NCBI GenBank assembly: GCA_017885655.1
Contig: JAFNFQ010000004.1
Coordinates: 89,373 to 153,372, forward strand
Length of the DNA: 64,000 nt
Direction of reading: 5' to 3'
Origin: Methanobacteriota archaeon
GTDB lineage: Archaea; Thermoplasmatota; Thermoplasmata; RBG-16-68-12; JAFNFQ01
Below the pieces are notes generated by a model, which did not search any database, was not told where the DNA came from, and worked only from the letters and a program-made list of their open reading frames with translations. The translations under genes were made by a program, and so were the position numbers. Shown in pieces: positions 38,944 to 48,345 of this stretch (positions are counted from its first letter, which is position 1; each line of letters begins with the position of its first letter).

Positions 38944-40209
38944 ATGGCCGAGGTCTGGGTCAGCCTGCTCGTCGGCGGGACTCTGCTCCTCATCGGATAT
39001 GGCGCCTCCCTGATTTTCGACAAGTTCCGAATCCCCGACTTCATCGTGCTCATCTTCCTGGGTGTCCTCCTGGCGCAGATACCTGTCGAGCCTTTCGGAC
39101 CAGGTCTCGTGCCCTCGCTCACCCCGATACTGCCGGTCTTCACGGCCCTGACCATAGCATTCATCATGTTCGAGGGGGGCCTCTCGCTGAACCTCAAGGG
39201 CTCGGGCAGGGGGATGCCGGGGGTCCTCGCTCACGTCGCGGTCTCGGTGTTCATCACGGTCGTCCTTATCTGGTTGATCGCGACGCGCCTCCTCGGCTTC
39301 GACGGCGTCACCGCGCTTGTTCTGGCGGGGGCGTTCTGCGGTCCGTCGGCCGCCGTCATCCTCAGCTTCGCGACGCGTCTCAAGCTCGGCAAGGCGGCGG
39401 AGAGGGCGGTCGTGCTCGACGCCGTGGTCACGAACGTCATCGCGGTGATCCTGGTATTCTTCGCGATAAGGTCGGCGAGCGCCGAGCCGGCGACTTTCCT
39501 CCATCAGTATGCGCTCGAGATAGCGCTCGCGACGATCGTGGCGATTGCGGCGGGGATTCCGTGGAGGATGGCGATCAAGCGCTCGCCTTCACGCAAGTTC
39601 ATGTACATCGCGACAGTCGCCTGGGCCCTCGTCATCTATGGCATCGCCGATGGGCTCATCAACGGGAACGGCGCCGTCGCCGCATTCGTCTTCGGCCTCG
39701 TCCTCGCATACCGCAAGCCCGAGGACGCTCCGGACCCGGAGGGGAAGGGCAGCCTCCAGGAGTTCCAGTCCGAGATCACCTTCGGCATGAGGACGTTCTT
39801 CTTCATCTACCTCGGTCTCGTGGTGACGGTGGACAGCGTGACCCCGGTGGCGCTCATTGGCGCTCTCCTCCTGACGCTGGTGTTCGTCGTGTCGAGGGTG
39901 CCGAGCTCGATCGCTCTGGGCAGGCTATCCGGGTTCAGCAAGAGGGAGACGAGGGTCCTCATCGCGTCGATGGCGCGCGGGATGACCGATGTGGTGCTCA
40001 TCCTCATCGCGATCGAGAGCGGAGTCGTACCAGCGTCCTCGGTTCCTCTGCTCGTCGGGCTGGTGACCGTGACTATCCTGGTTGCGGTGGCGGTGTGCGC
40101 GGGGCTGGTCGTCTGGGCGGAGAGGAGCCCCATGGAGGAACAGGCACGTGAGAACCCACCTATTCCACCTGACGCGGATGTCCCTCTGCAATTCGACCGT
40201 CCAGCGTAG
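38944..40209 (+). CDS. Monovalent cation:proton antiporter (CPA1/NhaP-like)
   Basis: Ten to twelve predicted TM helices. The overlapping 434-aa ORF 38847-40151 in another frame is RG-rich and rejected. Confidence 0.85.
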   Translation: MAEVWVSLLVGGTLLLIGYGASLIFDKFRIPDFIVLIFLGVLLAQIPVEPFGPGLVPSLTPILPVFTALTIAFIMFEGGLSLNLKGSGRGMPGVLAHVAVSVFITVVLIWLIATRLLGFDGVTALVLAGAFCGPSAAVILSFATRLKLGKAAERAVVLDAVVTNVIAVILVFFAIRSASAEPATFLHQYALEIALATIVAIAAGIPWRMAIKRSPSRKFMYIATVAWALVIYGIADGLINGNGAVAAFVFGLVLAYRKPEDAPDPEGKGSLQEFQSEITFGMRTFFFIYLGLVVTVDSVTPVALIGALLLTLVFVVSRVPSSIALGRLSGFSKRETRVLIASMARGMTDVVLILIAIESGVVPASSVPLLVGLVTVTILVAVAVCAGLVVWAERSPMEEQARENPPIPPDADVPLQFDRPA

Positions 40210-40233
40210 CCGAGCTGCCCGCCATCGGTCGTT

Positions 40234-40704
40234 CTACTTCAGATTTATCCTGTAGAAGCTCCAGTCAGTCTTTTCCGCGTTGTTCTTCTCGTAGAATCTC
40301 TGGGCGGACTTGTTCCAGTCGAGGACGGTGAACTCGATTCTCCCGCAACCCTCTTTCTTGGCTCTTTCCACGCAGAAGTCGAACATGGCCTGACCTATGC
40401 CCTGTCTCCGGTACTCCTCAAGCACGAAGATGTCCTCAAGGTAAAGAGTTGGCAGGGCGCGGAAGCTGGAGTAGGTGAAATAGACGATGACGTAGGCAAC
40501 GTACTTGGAGTCAAGTCTGCCCAGGTATGCCTCGTATCTAGGGTTCTTCGAGAGCGCGTCTCGCCTCAGTCTTCTCTTGGCGGCTTTGTCCGGAGGTGCG
40601 AGGTTTTCGAACTTCGCGAGTCCCTCGATGAGAAGGAGGAGGTGATGGAAGTTGTCCCCCGTGACTCGCTCGATGATCAGTCCACTGTCAGCATGCTTGC
40701 TCAT
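40234..40704 (-). CDS. GNAT-family N-acetyltransferase
   Basis: Acetyl-CoA motif RRQGIGQAMFDFCVERAKKEG. TATA-like ATATTTACG about 30 nt upstream of the ATG (leaderless arrangement). Confidence 0.85.
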   Translation of the reverse strand: MSKHADSGLIIERVTGDNFHHLLLLIEGLAKFENLAPPDKAAKRRLRRDALSKNPRYEAYLGRLDSKYVAYVIVYFTYSSFRALPTLYLEDIFVLEEYRRQGIGQAMFDFCVERAKKEGCGRIEFTVLDWNKSAQRFYEKNNAEKTDWSFYRINLK

Positions 40705-40767
40705 GGCGGCGGTAAGATGAAGCGTCGGCGTAAATATCCTTCCGCGGAACGGTTTCGGAGCGGAATC
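40624..40767. repeat. Direct repeat copy 1 (about 142 bp): promoter plus first 29 codons of the GNAT gene
   Basis: Aligns by eye with 41576-41719 at high identity, including the ATATTTACG TATA-like box and the MSKHADSGL coding start. Confidence 0.7.
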
Positions 40768-40988
40768 GATAATCTGCGCGTTTGTATCCCCGATCAGACT
40801 GGACCCGCCATCACATCATCGGAGGGAGATCCACGAGAGATATCGATATCGGCAGAACTACCAGCAATCCGGTATCTAGCTCTCCGGCGAAGAGACTGGG
40901 CATCCGCTCTTTAAGATTCCTTCATTCCAATATTAGAGCACGCAGGAGTCATGGGTTCTTCACTCCACGATGAATCGCGCGAGCGCGG

Positions 40989-41513
40989 CTATGGCGTATC
41001 CCACGCCGCAATCTGCATTATCGTTGAATCGTCCACGAGCTCAAACCTCCAGTCATGGGAACCCGACATTCCGTAGACAAAGAAAGAATCGCCAGTGCTC
41101 AACCTCCCGTCGCTGTCCTCGTCGTGGACGATTGCCTTGACTGTCAGGCCGAAGCTGAATGGGGTGTTAAATCTCAGACTTTGATAATCCGGGAGTAGGG
41201 GACTGAAATCCGCGTACATGCGCATTCGTATGTGGGAGACTTCCCCAAAGCGTTCCGTCACGCATTTCGCCTTCCAGCTAGCCGTGAGGTTGTCCGAGAG
41301 TCCACCGATGTCGATTTCGGTGAAGTACATCGGAGCCCCATCTACCCACGGACCGCAATATTCGGGGGTATGGGCGGTCAGCGTGTACCAGACAATGACA
41401 GCTGTCACCAAGAGGACGGCAATTACGAAGGAGGCAACCGCGTACAGGAATCTGCGAGATTTCGATTTCCTCTCGTTTCCATTGGCATCCTTTCGCTCGG
41501 GCTGCGCCGTCAT
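40989..41513 (-). CDS. Membrane-anchored extracytoplasmic protein (174 aa), inserted between the two GNAT-promoter repeats
   Basis: N-terminal TM anchor (FLYAVASFVIAVLLVTAVIVWY), GGAG 6 nt upstream. ATGA overlap with the truncated GNAT leader ORF. Confidence 0.55.
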   Translation of the reverse strand: MTAQPERKDANGNERKSKSRRFLYAVASFVIAVLLVTAVIVWYTLTAHTPEYCGPWVDGAPMYFTEIDIGGLSDNLTASWKAKCVTERFGEVSHIRMRMYADFSPLLPDYQSLRFNTPFSFGLTVKAIVHDEDSDGRLSTGDSFFVYGMSGSHDWRFELVDDSTIMQIAAWDTP

Positions 41514-41656
41514 CCGTCGCTCCCTGCACCGAGAGCATGCTTATTACCCTTAAAGGTTCCTGGATTCGGGAGGCTCTCGACAAGAAGGAGGAATTCCTGG
41601 AAGTTGTCTCCTTTGACTCGCTCGATGGTCAGTCCACTGTCAGCATGCTTACTCAT
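41510..41656 (-). pseudogene. Truncated duplicate of the GNAT gene 5' end (29 conserved codons + 19 novel codons), acting as a leader ORF coupled to the 40989-41513 gene
   Basis: MSKHADSGLTIERVKGDNFQEFLLLVESL matches MSKHADSGLIIERVTGDNFHHLLLLIEGL of the full gene, then diverges and stops overlapping the next ATG. Confidence 0.6.
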
Positions 41657-41719
41657 GGCGGCGGCGAGATGAAACGTGGGCGTAAATATTCTTCCGCGGA
41701 AAGCCTTCAACAGGGAATC
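41576..41719. repeat. Direct repeat copy 2 of the GNAT promoter/5' segment
   Basis: See copy 1. Copy 2 ends where the Fic gene (41718-42656) ends. Confidence 0.7.
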
Positions 41720-42656
41720 AGCGGGCTTGCGTCCCCGGCTGGACCGTTTCCGCGTACCGCGCTAGTGCATGCTTGCTTGAATACCATGTGCGGCCGATCT
41801 TGACGGCCTCGAGCACTCCCTGCCGCGCGCGCAACGAGAGGTATTCCTGAGAATACGCGCTGCCCCGGGCAAGCTGTCTCAGGGGGACGAGAGCACGTTC
41901 GGGATCCACCGCGGACAGGAACACCGCCAGCCCCTCGTCAACAGCATGCAGTACGAAGCCCGAGAGCGGTCCGTACCGGCCCCGGTCCGCCTCATCGAGA
42001 CACTTGTAGTACCGCCGCCTGTCCTCCACGCGGAGGACGACAGGCGCGTATCCTGCGCTGATGAGCACCAGGTTGGCGGCCAGCCGCGCGGTCCTCCCGT
42101 TCCCGTCGAGGAACGGATGGATCGATGCGAGGCGGTGATGCAGGCAGATGCTGCGGAGGACCGGCTCGCGGATGGCGGGAAGTCCCTTGAACAGCTGGTC
42201 GAGTCGCCGGACGATCTCGGATGGGGGCGGCGGGAGGTGCGCCGAACCGCCGATCCGGACCTGCTGCCGTCTGTACTCCCCTGGAGACTCCAGCGTCCCC
42301 TTCGTGACCATTTCGTGGAGCTTCTTGAGGGGGGCATGGTCGAACCGCAGGCCAGGACGGCCACTCTCCCATATCCAGTCGAAGGCCTCCGCGTTGTTCG
42401 TGGCCTCGAGGTGTTCGCGGACGCTCTTCCCCCCGATCGTGATCCCCTGCTCGATGATGAGGCGGGTCTCCTTGAGGCTGAGCGTGTTCCCCTCTATGGC
42501 GTTGCTGTTGTAGGTGTGGTAGAGGCGCAGCTGCTGCCGCAATCGTTCCAGGACGTCCCGGGGAAGGGGCCTGCGGGACCGCAGCTCCTTGAGATTCGAC
42601 TGGACCCGCCGCCATGTCACAGGAGGAAGGTCGGAGACGGATATCGGTATCGGCAT
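41718..42656 (-). CDS. Fic/Doc-family protein
   Basis: Canonical Fic motif HPFLDGNGRTARL. Confidence 0.85.
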   Translation of the reverse strand: MPIPISVSDLPPVTWRRVQSNLKELRSRRPLPRDVLERLRQQLRLYHTYNSNAIEGNTLSLKETRLIIEQGITIGGKSVREHLEATNNAEAFDWIWESGRPGLRFDHAPLKKLHEMVTKGTLESPGEYRRQQVRIGGSAHLPPPPSEIVRRLDQLFKGLPAIREPVLRSICLHHRLASIHPFLDGNGRTARLAANLVLISAGYAPVVLRVEDRRRYYKCLDEADRGRYGPLSGFVLHAVDEGLAVFLSAVDPERALVPLRQLARGSAYSQEYLSLRARQGVLEAVKIGRTWYSSKHALARYAETVQPGTQAR

Positions 42657-42800
42657 GTTTCCGTGTTATCCGATAGCCTTGCGGTTATATATCGGTATCG
42701 GCAAGATTGACAGTAATCCGATATCTGTCTCTCCATGAAGGTGATTCGAGACTTGACGCCCCTTGCACAAGCCCGGAAGATTCAGAGCACCCAGATGCCC

Positions 42801-43493
42801 TCATCCGGCGGTGAACACGTCCCATCTCGAGACTTTCGCGCCCGCCGACCTCAACTCCTCGATGAGGGCGGTGGCGTCCTCGTCCGAGAGCATGAGGACT
42901 GATGGGGAGACGACAGTCGCCTCGTACCTGTCCTTGAGCCCCTCGTACCTGTAGATCGTCCGGCGCCCTCCGACCTCCTTCGTCGAGACGGACCCGTGGA
43001 CCTTACGCGACACCTGCACCTTCTTGCCGGGCGGGAGGCCTGTGAGGTCATAGGAGACTAGGACCATCGGCCTCAACGCGAGGTGGTCGGGCGTGAGGAC
43101 GAACTTGCCCTGGAGCACGACTCCCTCCCGGAACACGTTCCTCAGGAAGCTCGGGTCGAGGTCCCTCAGGTTCGTGGGGATCGCGTTGATGTCCCTGTGG
43201 GGCCTGAGCGCTGTCACCATGCGCGCGATCTGCCGGTTGAGCGTCTGGGGAACCCTGCGGTCGACTATCACGAGGAGGTCGATGTCGGACCTGCGGTCGA
43301 ATTCGCCGCGGGCGAGGGAGCCGAATAGCACTACCCCGCCAGCTCGGACGATTCCCTGAAGGCCGTCGAGGAACCTCTCGATGAGCCGCCGGTCGTCGTC
43401 GGGGAGCTCAGTGAAGCTCGGCTTCGATGTCCCCGAGGATCTCCTTCGCTCTCTTGGCCGACTTTCCATCTCCTTTTCCTCCGTAGTGTTCAT
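42801..43493 (-). CDS. Nucleotidyltransferase-domain protein (MNT-like N-terminus + about 110-aa C-terminal domain)
   Basis: LFGSLARGEFDRRSDIDLLV = GS...D.D minimal nucleotidyltransferase signature. Confidence 0.8.
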   Translation of the reverse strand: MNTTEEKEMESRPRERRRSSGTSKPSFTELPDDDRRLIERFLDGLQGIVRAGGVVLFGSLARGEFDRRSDIDLLVIVDRRVPQTLNRQIARMVTALRPHRDINAIPTNLRDLDPSFLRNVFREGVVLQGKFVLTPDHLALRPMVLVSYDLTGLPPGKKVQVSRKVHGSVSTKEVGGRRTIYRYEGLKDRYEATVVSPSVLMLSDEDATALIEELRSAGAKVSRWDVFTAG

Positions 43494-43571
43494 TCTGTAA
43501 CAGGTTAATGAAAGAGGCAGTTCTTGGCACTTTCTGTTAATCCGTCACAGACTGCACCTAGGGCGGAATCG

Positions 43572-43620
43572 TCATCGGAACCTGTATCCCTCCGGGAAGC
43601 ATCTCAGCAGCTTCCCCGGC
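43572..43620. repeat. Copy a of a repeated gene-3' segment (X-type end, shortest copy)
   Basis: Shares TCA.CGGAACCTGTATC..TCCGGGA.GCAT.T.AGCAGCTTCCCC with copy b. The minus-strand reading ends ...GKLLRCFPEGYRFR* versus ...GKLLKCIPDRYRFQ* in copy b. Confidence 0.55.
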
Positions 43621-43741
43621 AGCCTGCCGTCAAGCTCCTCGATGTCGCGGTCCACGGACCCAATCACGCGGATGCCATACCTCTTGAGGATCTCCCGCTT
43701 CGTCTTCAGTCATCTCACGAAGCGTGCACGATCGAGTTCAT

Positions 43742-44125
43742 TCAGATTAACAGAGCGGCTTGCTCGACCGTCCCGCCGCAGAGCTCGACCGATTCGCTGT
43801 CACTCTGCGGGCCCAATACCCCGCCTGTCGAATCCGCGGACACTTGGTGCGTCTGACAGGAGTCGACGAGCCATGTTATATCGAACGTGTACTGGATGGA
43901 CCCCAAGGGCGAGAGAGTCCCGCTGTACTTCAACTGACCGTCCAGAAACACCCGGTATTCCACATCATTCACCAGATGCGTGCTCGACACGGTCACAACG
44001 ATCTTGCCGCTCTTCGAGATCATGAAGAACCCGATTAGTGCGACAACCACCACGATAACGACCACGATGATAACACCAGTGTGCTTCTTGGGCTGTGCTT
44101 GTTGCGTCGGCTGAGGCTGCGCCAT
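43742..44125 (-). CDS. Small membrane-anchored extracytoplasmic protein (127 aa)
   Basis: N-terminal MAQPQPTQQAQPKKHTGVIIVVVIVVVVALIGFFMI TM anchor. Lies between repeat copies a and b. Confidence 0.45.
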   Translation of the reverse strand: MAQPQPTQQAQPKKHTGVIIVVVIVVVVALIGFFMISKSGKIVVTVSSTHLVNDVEYRVFLDGQLKYSGTLSPLGSIQYTFDITWLVDSCQTHQVSADSTGGVLGPQSDSESVELCGGTVEQAALLI

Positions 44126-44259
44126 CTATCTACGCTCCTTGCGCTGAAGATGTCTCGACAAGCTTTAAATGTTTCCAGACACCACACGTCACCGGGTATT
44201 CGGGGTCGCGGATCCTGCGCAATCGATGCAGGCGATCCTTGGACGCCCCTCGCCCGGAT

Positions 44260-44427
44260 TCACTGGAACCTGTATCTATCCGGGATGCATTTGAGCAGCT
44301 TCCCCTCCGAGCCCTCGTGGACGCACGTCTCCTTCAGGTCGCATCCGGGGCAGAACCGTGCGCGGATCTCGCTCTCCTCCAGCCCCAGGAGGCCCGCCTG
44401 GTCGAACAGTTCGTGGAGGAGCTTCAG
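44260..44427. repeat. Copy b of the repeated gene-3' segment (about 165 bp)
   Basis: 129 bp (44299-44427) align with 49156-49284 of gene 49088-49492 at roughly 90% identity by eye. Minus-strand reading LKLLHELFDQAGLLGLEESEIRARFCPGCDLKETCVHEGSEGKLL matches LKLLHDMFDQAGLLGLDESEIRVRFCPECDLRATCVHEGSEGRL. In frame after the 44497-44973 gene stop. Confidence 0.7.
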
Positions 44428-44496
44428 GTTCCATCCCCCGGGATCAGGCGGTCCCCGGCGGGGTCGGTGCTCCTCTCTCGGTCATCGTCCGGCAGC

Positions 44497-44973
44497 TCAC
44501 CCTTCTCCGAGAAACCTCAGGTCCTCGAGGTCCTGCTTCCTCCGTAGCTTCTTGAGGGTCTCCCTGTGGTCATCGAGCGATATCACGGGGATCCTGACGC
44601 CCTTGTATGAGAACGTCTGTCTTCTCTTCCAGAGGTCGTCGAAAGACCCCAGGACGGGACTGGTGATGATGTCCACCTCCCTGTCGTTCGTGAACGTGGT
44701 GTGCCCCATCCCCCGTATGTCCTTCACGACGTCCGTGTCGGGGACGAGCCCCAGGCTCTCCAGCGCCTTCACGGTTGCGGACACGTTCTCCGGCCCCGGG
44801 TGGATCATGATGTCGACGTCGACCGTCGTGCGGGGGACGCCGTGGAGGACGCCGGCGAGGCCTCCCGCCAGGAGGTACCTGACCTTATTCCTATTCAGCG
44901 TCCTCATTATCACCTGAAGCTCTAGCAATCCTCGCCTCCCTTCTGAACCCCTCAACCTCCTCAGCGAGCGCAA
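44497..44973 (-). CDS. Nucleotidyltransferase-fold protein (AbiEii/DUF-type)
   Basis: RYLLAGGLAGVLHGVPRTTVDVDIMI: hG[GS] plus D.D pattern of the Pol-beta-like nucleotidyltransferase fold. Confidence 0.55.
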   Translation of the reverse strand: MRSLRRLRGSEGRRGLLELQVIMRTLNRNKVRYLLAGGLAGVLHGVPRTTVDVDIMIHPGPENVSATVKALESLGLVPDTDVVKDIRGMGHTTFTNDREVDIITSPVLGSFDDLWKRRQTFSYKGVRIPVISLDDHRETLKKLRRKQDLEDLRFLGEG

Positions 44974-45852
44974 GTCGCTCCTGAGGTGTCAGGCTCAGGA
45001 ACCACCTGCCGAGCCTCTCCCGCGCCGGGTCTTTCTCTGGCATCGGGCCTCAATCCCTCTCGTTGGTATATCTCCCTTTCGCGGCGGCCGGTCGATATGT
45101 TCGGCAGATTGCCGTCCGGACGGAAGCCGTCGCTCCGGGTTGAACCCCTGTCAGCCCCGCACTACGAGACTTTGTCTTCCAGGACCATCGCGACGATTCC
45201 GTCCCAGCATCGGCGACCAGCCCCTGGCGGGCCTTCTCCAACCACCCGCCATCGATGAGGCTGATGGACCTGGTTTTGTCCATCAGGAAGCCTCCATTAG
45301 GAGAGAATCAACAGAATCGATCAGCCGTATTGAGGCCTCGGCGACCCAGAGGATCCCGAGGCGTGTAATCGATGTGGTTGTGGGTTCCGCGATTCCGGAA
45401 CCGTGTAATTCGAAATCAAATGGGTTCATGGGTATTTAACGACATTGGACTCGGTGATCAAGGTCGTTCGTTGGTGTAGCTTGCCGATAGGTTGCTCGGC
45501 GGGATTCCGGTGATCACGAGTCGAATCATCGGGGCATGGACGTTGCGGGCGCGACATTCCCCAGCGTCTGAATCTGCTTCTGGGACGCAGCCTCAACGAG
45601 GCAATGTTCCAGGAGATGCCCGCTACGGATGAACACAGGATATTTAAGGTGGGATGAGATGTCTTTTCGAGAATCCGGGCAGAAGGTAAAAGTAGGCGCC
45701 CGGGCCATAGACGACGCATCTGGAACTGCATACGGTTTGGGGGCTAGGGGTAAGAGCGGGAACCGGACGATGGACGCCGTCCAAGAAGGACAGAGAGGCA
45801 AAGGATACGAGCTCTTGGGAGCGAATGGTTTAACGGGACGTGCTGCGGGGGT

Positions 45853-46320
45853 TTGCCTTTGAAGAAAGTAAAGCTGACGATACGAGAGAAGATCCAGGAC
45901 GCTGGTTTCAGGCTCTGCCTCATGAAGGAGGCGCAGAAGCAGTTCATCACGCGCTTCTTCGCCGAGAACCTCCAGGACAAGAAGACCGTCGAGGTCCTGG
46001 TGGGCGGCCGCCGCAAGGACGTCGATCGATACATCCAGACCGTGAAGGGAATGCGCACGGGGAATCCCAAGGGCTTCGATGTGGAAACACAGGACTATGA
46101 CGGGAACATAATGGACATCAGGGATTTCGCCGGCTATCTGACGGCGGAACAGCTGGTGAGAGGCGTGGGGGGAATGACGGGGCTTGTCTCGAGGATCGAC
46201 ACGCTCGACAAGACGCTCGTCGTTCGCCTTTCCGGGCTTGAGACCACATTGAAGGGAATCGGCCCTGACATCGCAAGAGCCATACTGGAGGGGTTCGAGC
46301 GCCTCGAGAAGCGGGGTTAG
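45853..46320 (+). CDS. Hypothetical protein (155 aa; TTG start, first ATG at Met24)
   Basis: Single long ORF in an otherwise ORF-poor stretch. The N-terminal region is loosely acylphosphatase-like (FR...A...G..N..D..VEVLV.G); not confidently assigned. Confidence 0.35.
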   Translation: MPLKKVKLTIREKIQDAGFRLCLMKEAQKQFITRFFAENLQDKKTVEVLVGGRRKDVDRYIQTVKGMRTGNPKGFDVETQDYDGNIMDIRDFAGYLTAEQLVRGVGGMTGLVSRIDTLDKTLVVRLSGLETTLKGIGPDIARAILEGFERLEKRG

Positions 46321-46562
46321 ACCCCGGTCAGAGGGCGGCGCGTCTCAGGATATCATCCAGAGATCGTGGTGGCGCGAGACCAAGCCAGCCGGCCGATTGC
46401 CAGTTTCCCCCATGGTTCTCATGGACCGTCCATGGCAGATTTTCTTCATCCTGAGTTGGAGATTGGGCCGGATTCGCCGTCCCTGCATTCGCTTTGGATT
46501 GGCACTCATCTTCCTAATATCCTTCCTGACTCGAGGGCTCTGACAGATCACTGCGCGATGCC

Positions 46563-46700
46563 CTAGGCACGTGACTTCGCACCGCCTCTGAGAATGACGG
46601 TCGCAACTCCATCCAGGCACAGCGGCGACAGCTTCCCCTCCGAGCCCTCATGGATGCACGTCTCTTTCAGGTCGCATCCGGGGCAGAACTGCACATGGAG
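46563..46700. repeat. Copy c of the repeated gene-3' segment (about 140 bp, Y-type end)
   Basis: Minus-strand reading VQFCPGCDLKETCIHEGSEGKLSPLCLDGVATVILRGGAKSRA* versus RFCPECDLRATCVHEGSEGRLSPLCLDGVATAILRANFESSI* of the full gene. Similarity continues about 25 bp past the stop codon. Confidence 0.7.
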
Positions 46701-46751
46701 CCCGACCGATTTAAATTGACGCGGTGTGCCGATGCTCGGAGACGACCGCGA

Positions 46752-47921
46752 CTAATCGAGGATTATATCGAGATAGGGCCGATAGGCGAAAACTCGATTG
46801 CGCCTGTTCCCCGTCTGTTCATTCAAAAGCGCGAGCCCCTCCAGTTCGACCGCGAGTTCGTTCGCGCTCGGGAACGACAGCCCTGTGACCCTCTGCATAT
46901 CGTTCACCGAGACCATCGGGTGCTGGTACATGAACTCGATGAGAATGAGTGCGCCTCCCGCCCTTCGTCCCATTGCATTCTGGATCAACCGCCTATGCTC
47001 CTCACGCAGCTGGATGATTCTCTTCGCTGTCTCGGTCGCCTGCCTGGACACCTCGTCGACGCCTTTCAGGAAGAACCTCAGCCAGCCCTCCCAGTCCCCC
47101 TCGTCCCTGACCGCCTGCAGCGTGTCGTAGTACGAAGACCTGTTCTGGCGGAAGTAATGTGAAAGGTAGAGCAGGGGCCGCTCGAGATAGCCCTCCGCCG
47201 TCAAGAGGAAGGTGATGAGCAGACGCCCCATCCTCCCGTTGCCGTCCAAGAACGGATGGATCGTCTCGAACTGGCTGTGCGCGAGCCCCACCTTGACCAG
47301 CGGCGGCAAGGATCTCTCTGTCAGGAGAAAGCGCTCCAGATCGTCGAGGGCCTTTCTCATCTCGGGTACAGCAGGCGGGACGAAGGCTGCATCTTCAATC
47401 CCCCTCTCCGAGGGGCCGATCCAGTTCTGCACCGACCTCAGCTCGCCAGGACTATGGCTGCTGCCCCTGCCCCTGCTGAGCAGGCGAGCATGTATCTCCT
47501 GAACGAGCGCGACAGACAGCTCTCTCCCCCTCGCGATCTGACCCAGACCGTGGTTCATCGCGTCGATGTAGTTGGACACATCGACGACATCGCGAGGGTG
47601 ACCGCGCAGGCGCGCGCCCGCCTCGTACTCGAGGAGGTCGATCAGCGATGATTGGGTGCCCTCGATCTGGCTGGACAGTACGGCCTCTTTCCTGATATAC
47701 ATGAAGACGAAGAGGTCCGGGTTCGGCAGGGTCTCCGTCGCCCCGCTGAGCCTCCCAAGGTTCCTGTCCGCTTGCGAGAGGATGCTCAGCATCGAGCTGT
47801 CGAAGTCGATCGGAGGATTGGGCGGGAGCGGTTTGGGGACATATGTGCGATAGCCTTCCGGTTGCATCGCATATTGACCTGCACGCGCGGTCGTTTTTAC
47901 CATATTTAAGCCAGCCTTCAC
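46752..47921 (-). CDS. Fic-family protein with C-terminal winged-helix region
   Basis: Fic motif HPFLDGNGRMGRLL; 389 aa with the C-terminal wHTH typical of long Fic proteins. Confidence 0.85.
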   Translation of the reverse strand: MKAGLNMVKTTARAGQYAMQPEGYRTYVPKPLPPNPPIDFDSSMLSILSQADRNLGRLSGATETLPNPDLFVFMYIRKEAVLSSQIEGTQSSLIDLLEYEAGARLRGHPRDVVDVSNYIDAMNHGLGQIARGRELSVALVQEIHARLLSRGRGSSHSPGELRSVQNWIGPSERGIEDAAFVPPAVPEMRKALDDLERFLLTERSLPPLVKVGLAHSQFETIHPFLDGNGRMGRLLITFLLTAEGYLERPLLYLSHYFRQNRSSYYDTLQAVRDEGDWEGWLRFFLKGVDEVSRQATETAKRIIQLREEHRRLIQNAMGRRAGGALILIEFMYQHPMVSVNDMQRVTGLSFPSANELAVELEGLALLNEQTGNRRNRVFAYRPYLDIILD

Positions 47922-48119
47922 AATTCAGAAGCTTTAACAGTTAATTAATTTTCTATTGACATTATTGAATAACGAGCTGCATCTATAAGTACATTCCTTC
48001 CAAAGCTAGCTGCTGCGAAAATGAAAGACCTTGAACGATTCTTTCGAAATCGGGCAAGGGAATCGCAGGCGCGGGATTCCTCAGCCTGAATCGCGCGGGT
48101 CGTTCCGGATCTTGATGTC

Positions 48120-48199
48120 TCACTCCGACTTCGCTCTCAGGATGACTGTGGCGATCCCGTCCAGGCACAGCGGCGACAGCTGCCCCTCCGAGCCCTCGC
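48120..48199. repeat. Copy d of the repeated gene-3' segment (shortest Y-type copy, about 80 bp)
   Basis: GTCCAGGCACAGCGGCGACAGCTGCCCCTCCGAGCCCTCG is shared with copies c and e. Minus-strand reading ...GSEGQLSPLCLDGIATVILRAKSE*. Confidence 0.6.
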
Positions 48200-48345
48200 G
48201 GAGGCGTAATTCTCCTGCGGCACTCCGGGCGGAACCGCACACGGGATTTACTCTGACGGAATTCTCCTATCCTAGGCCGATTGCGTTATGAAAGTACACA
48301 GAATCATTATGGCCGCGAATGCGTTGCCATTCGCGTGGATGAGAC

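Noticed and set aside
38847-40151. 434-aa plus-strand ORF overlapping the antiporter gene in another frame
   Set aside because: The product is Arg/Gly/Pro-rich low-complexity, typical of an alternative-frame artefact in high-GC DNA. The 38944 frame gives a convincing 10-12-TM membrane protein.
45440-45560. tRNA-like string (GGTGTAGCTTGCCGATAGG ... GAGTCGAATC)
   Set aside because: I could not fold it into a cloverleaf: no T-stem complementary to the TCGAATC loop, and no acceptor pairing.
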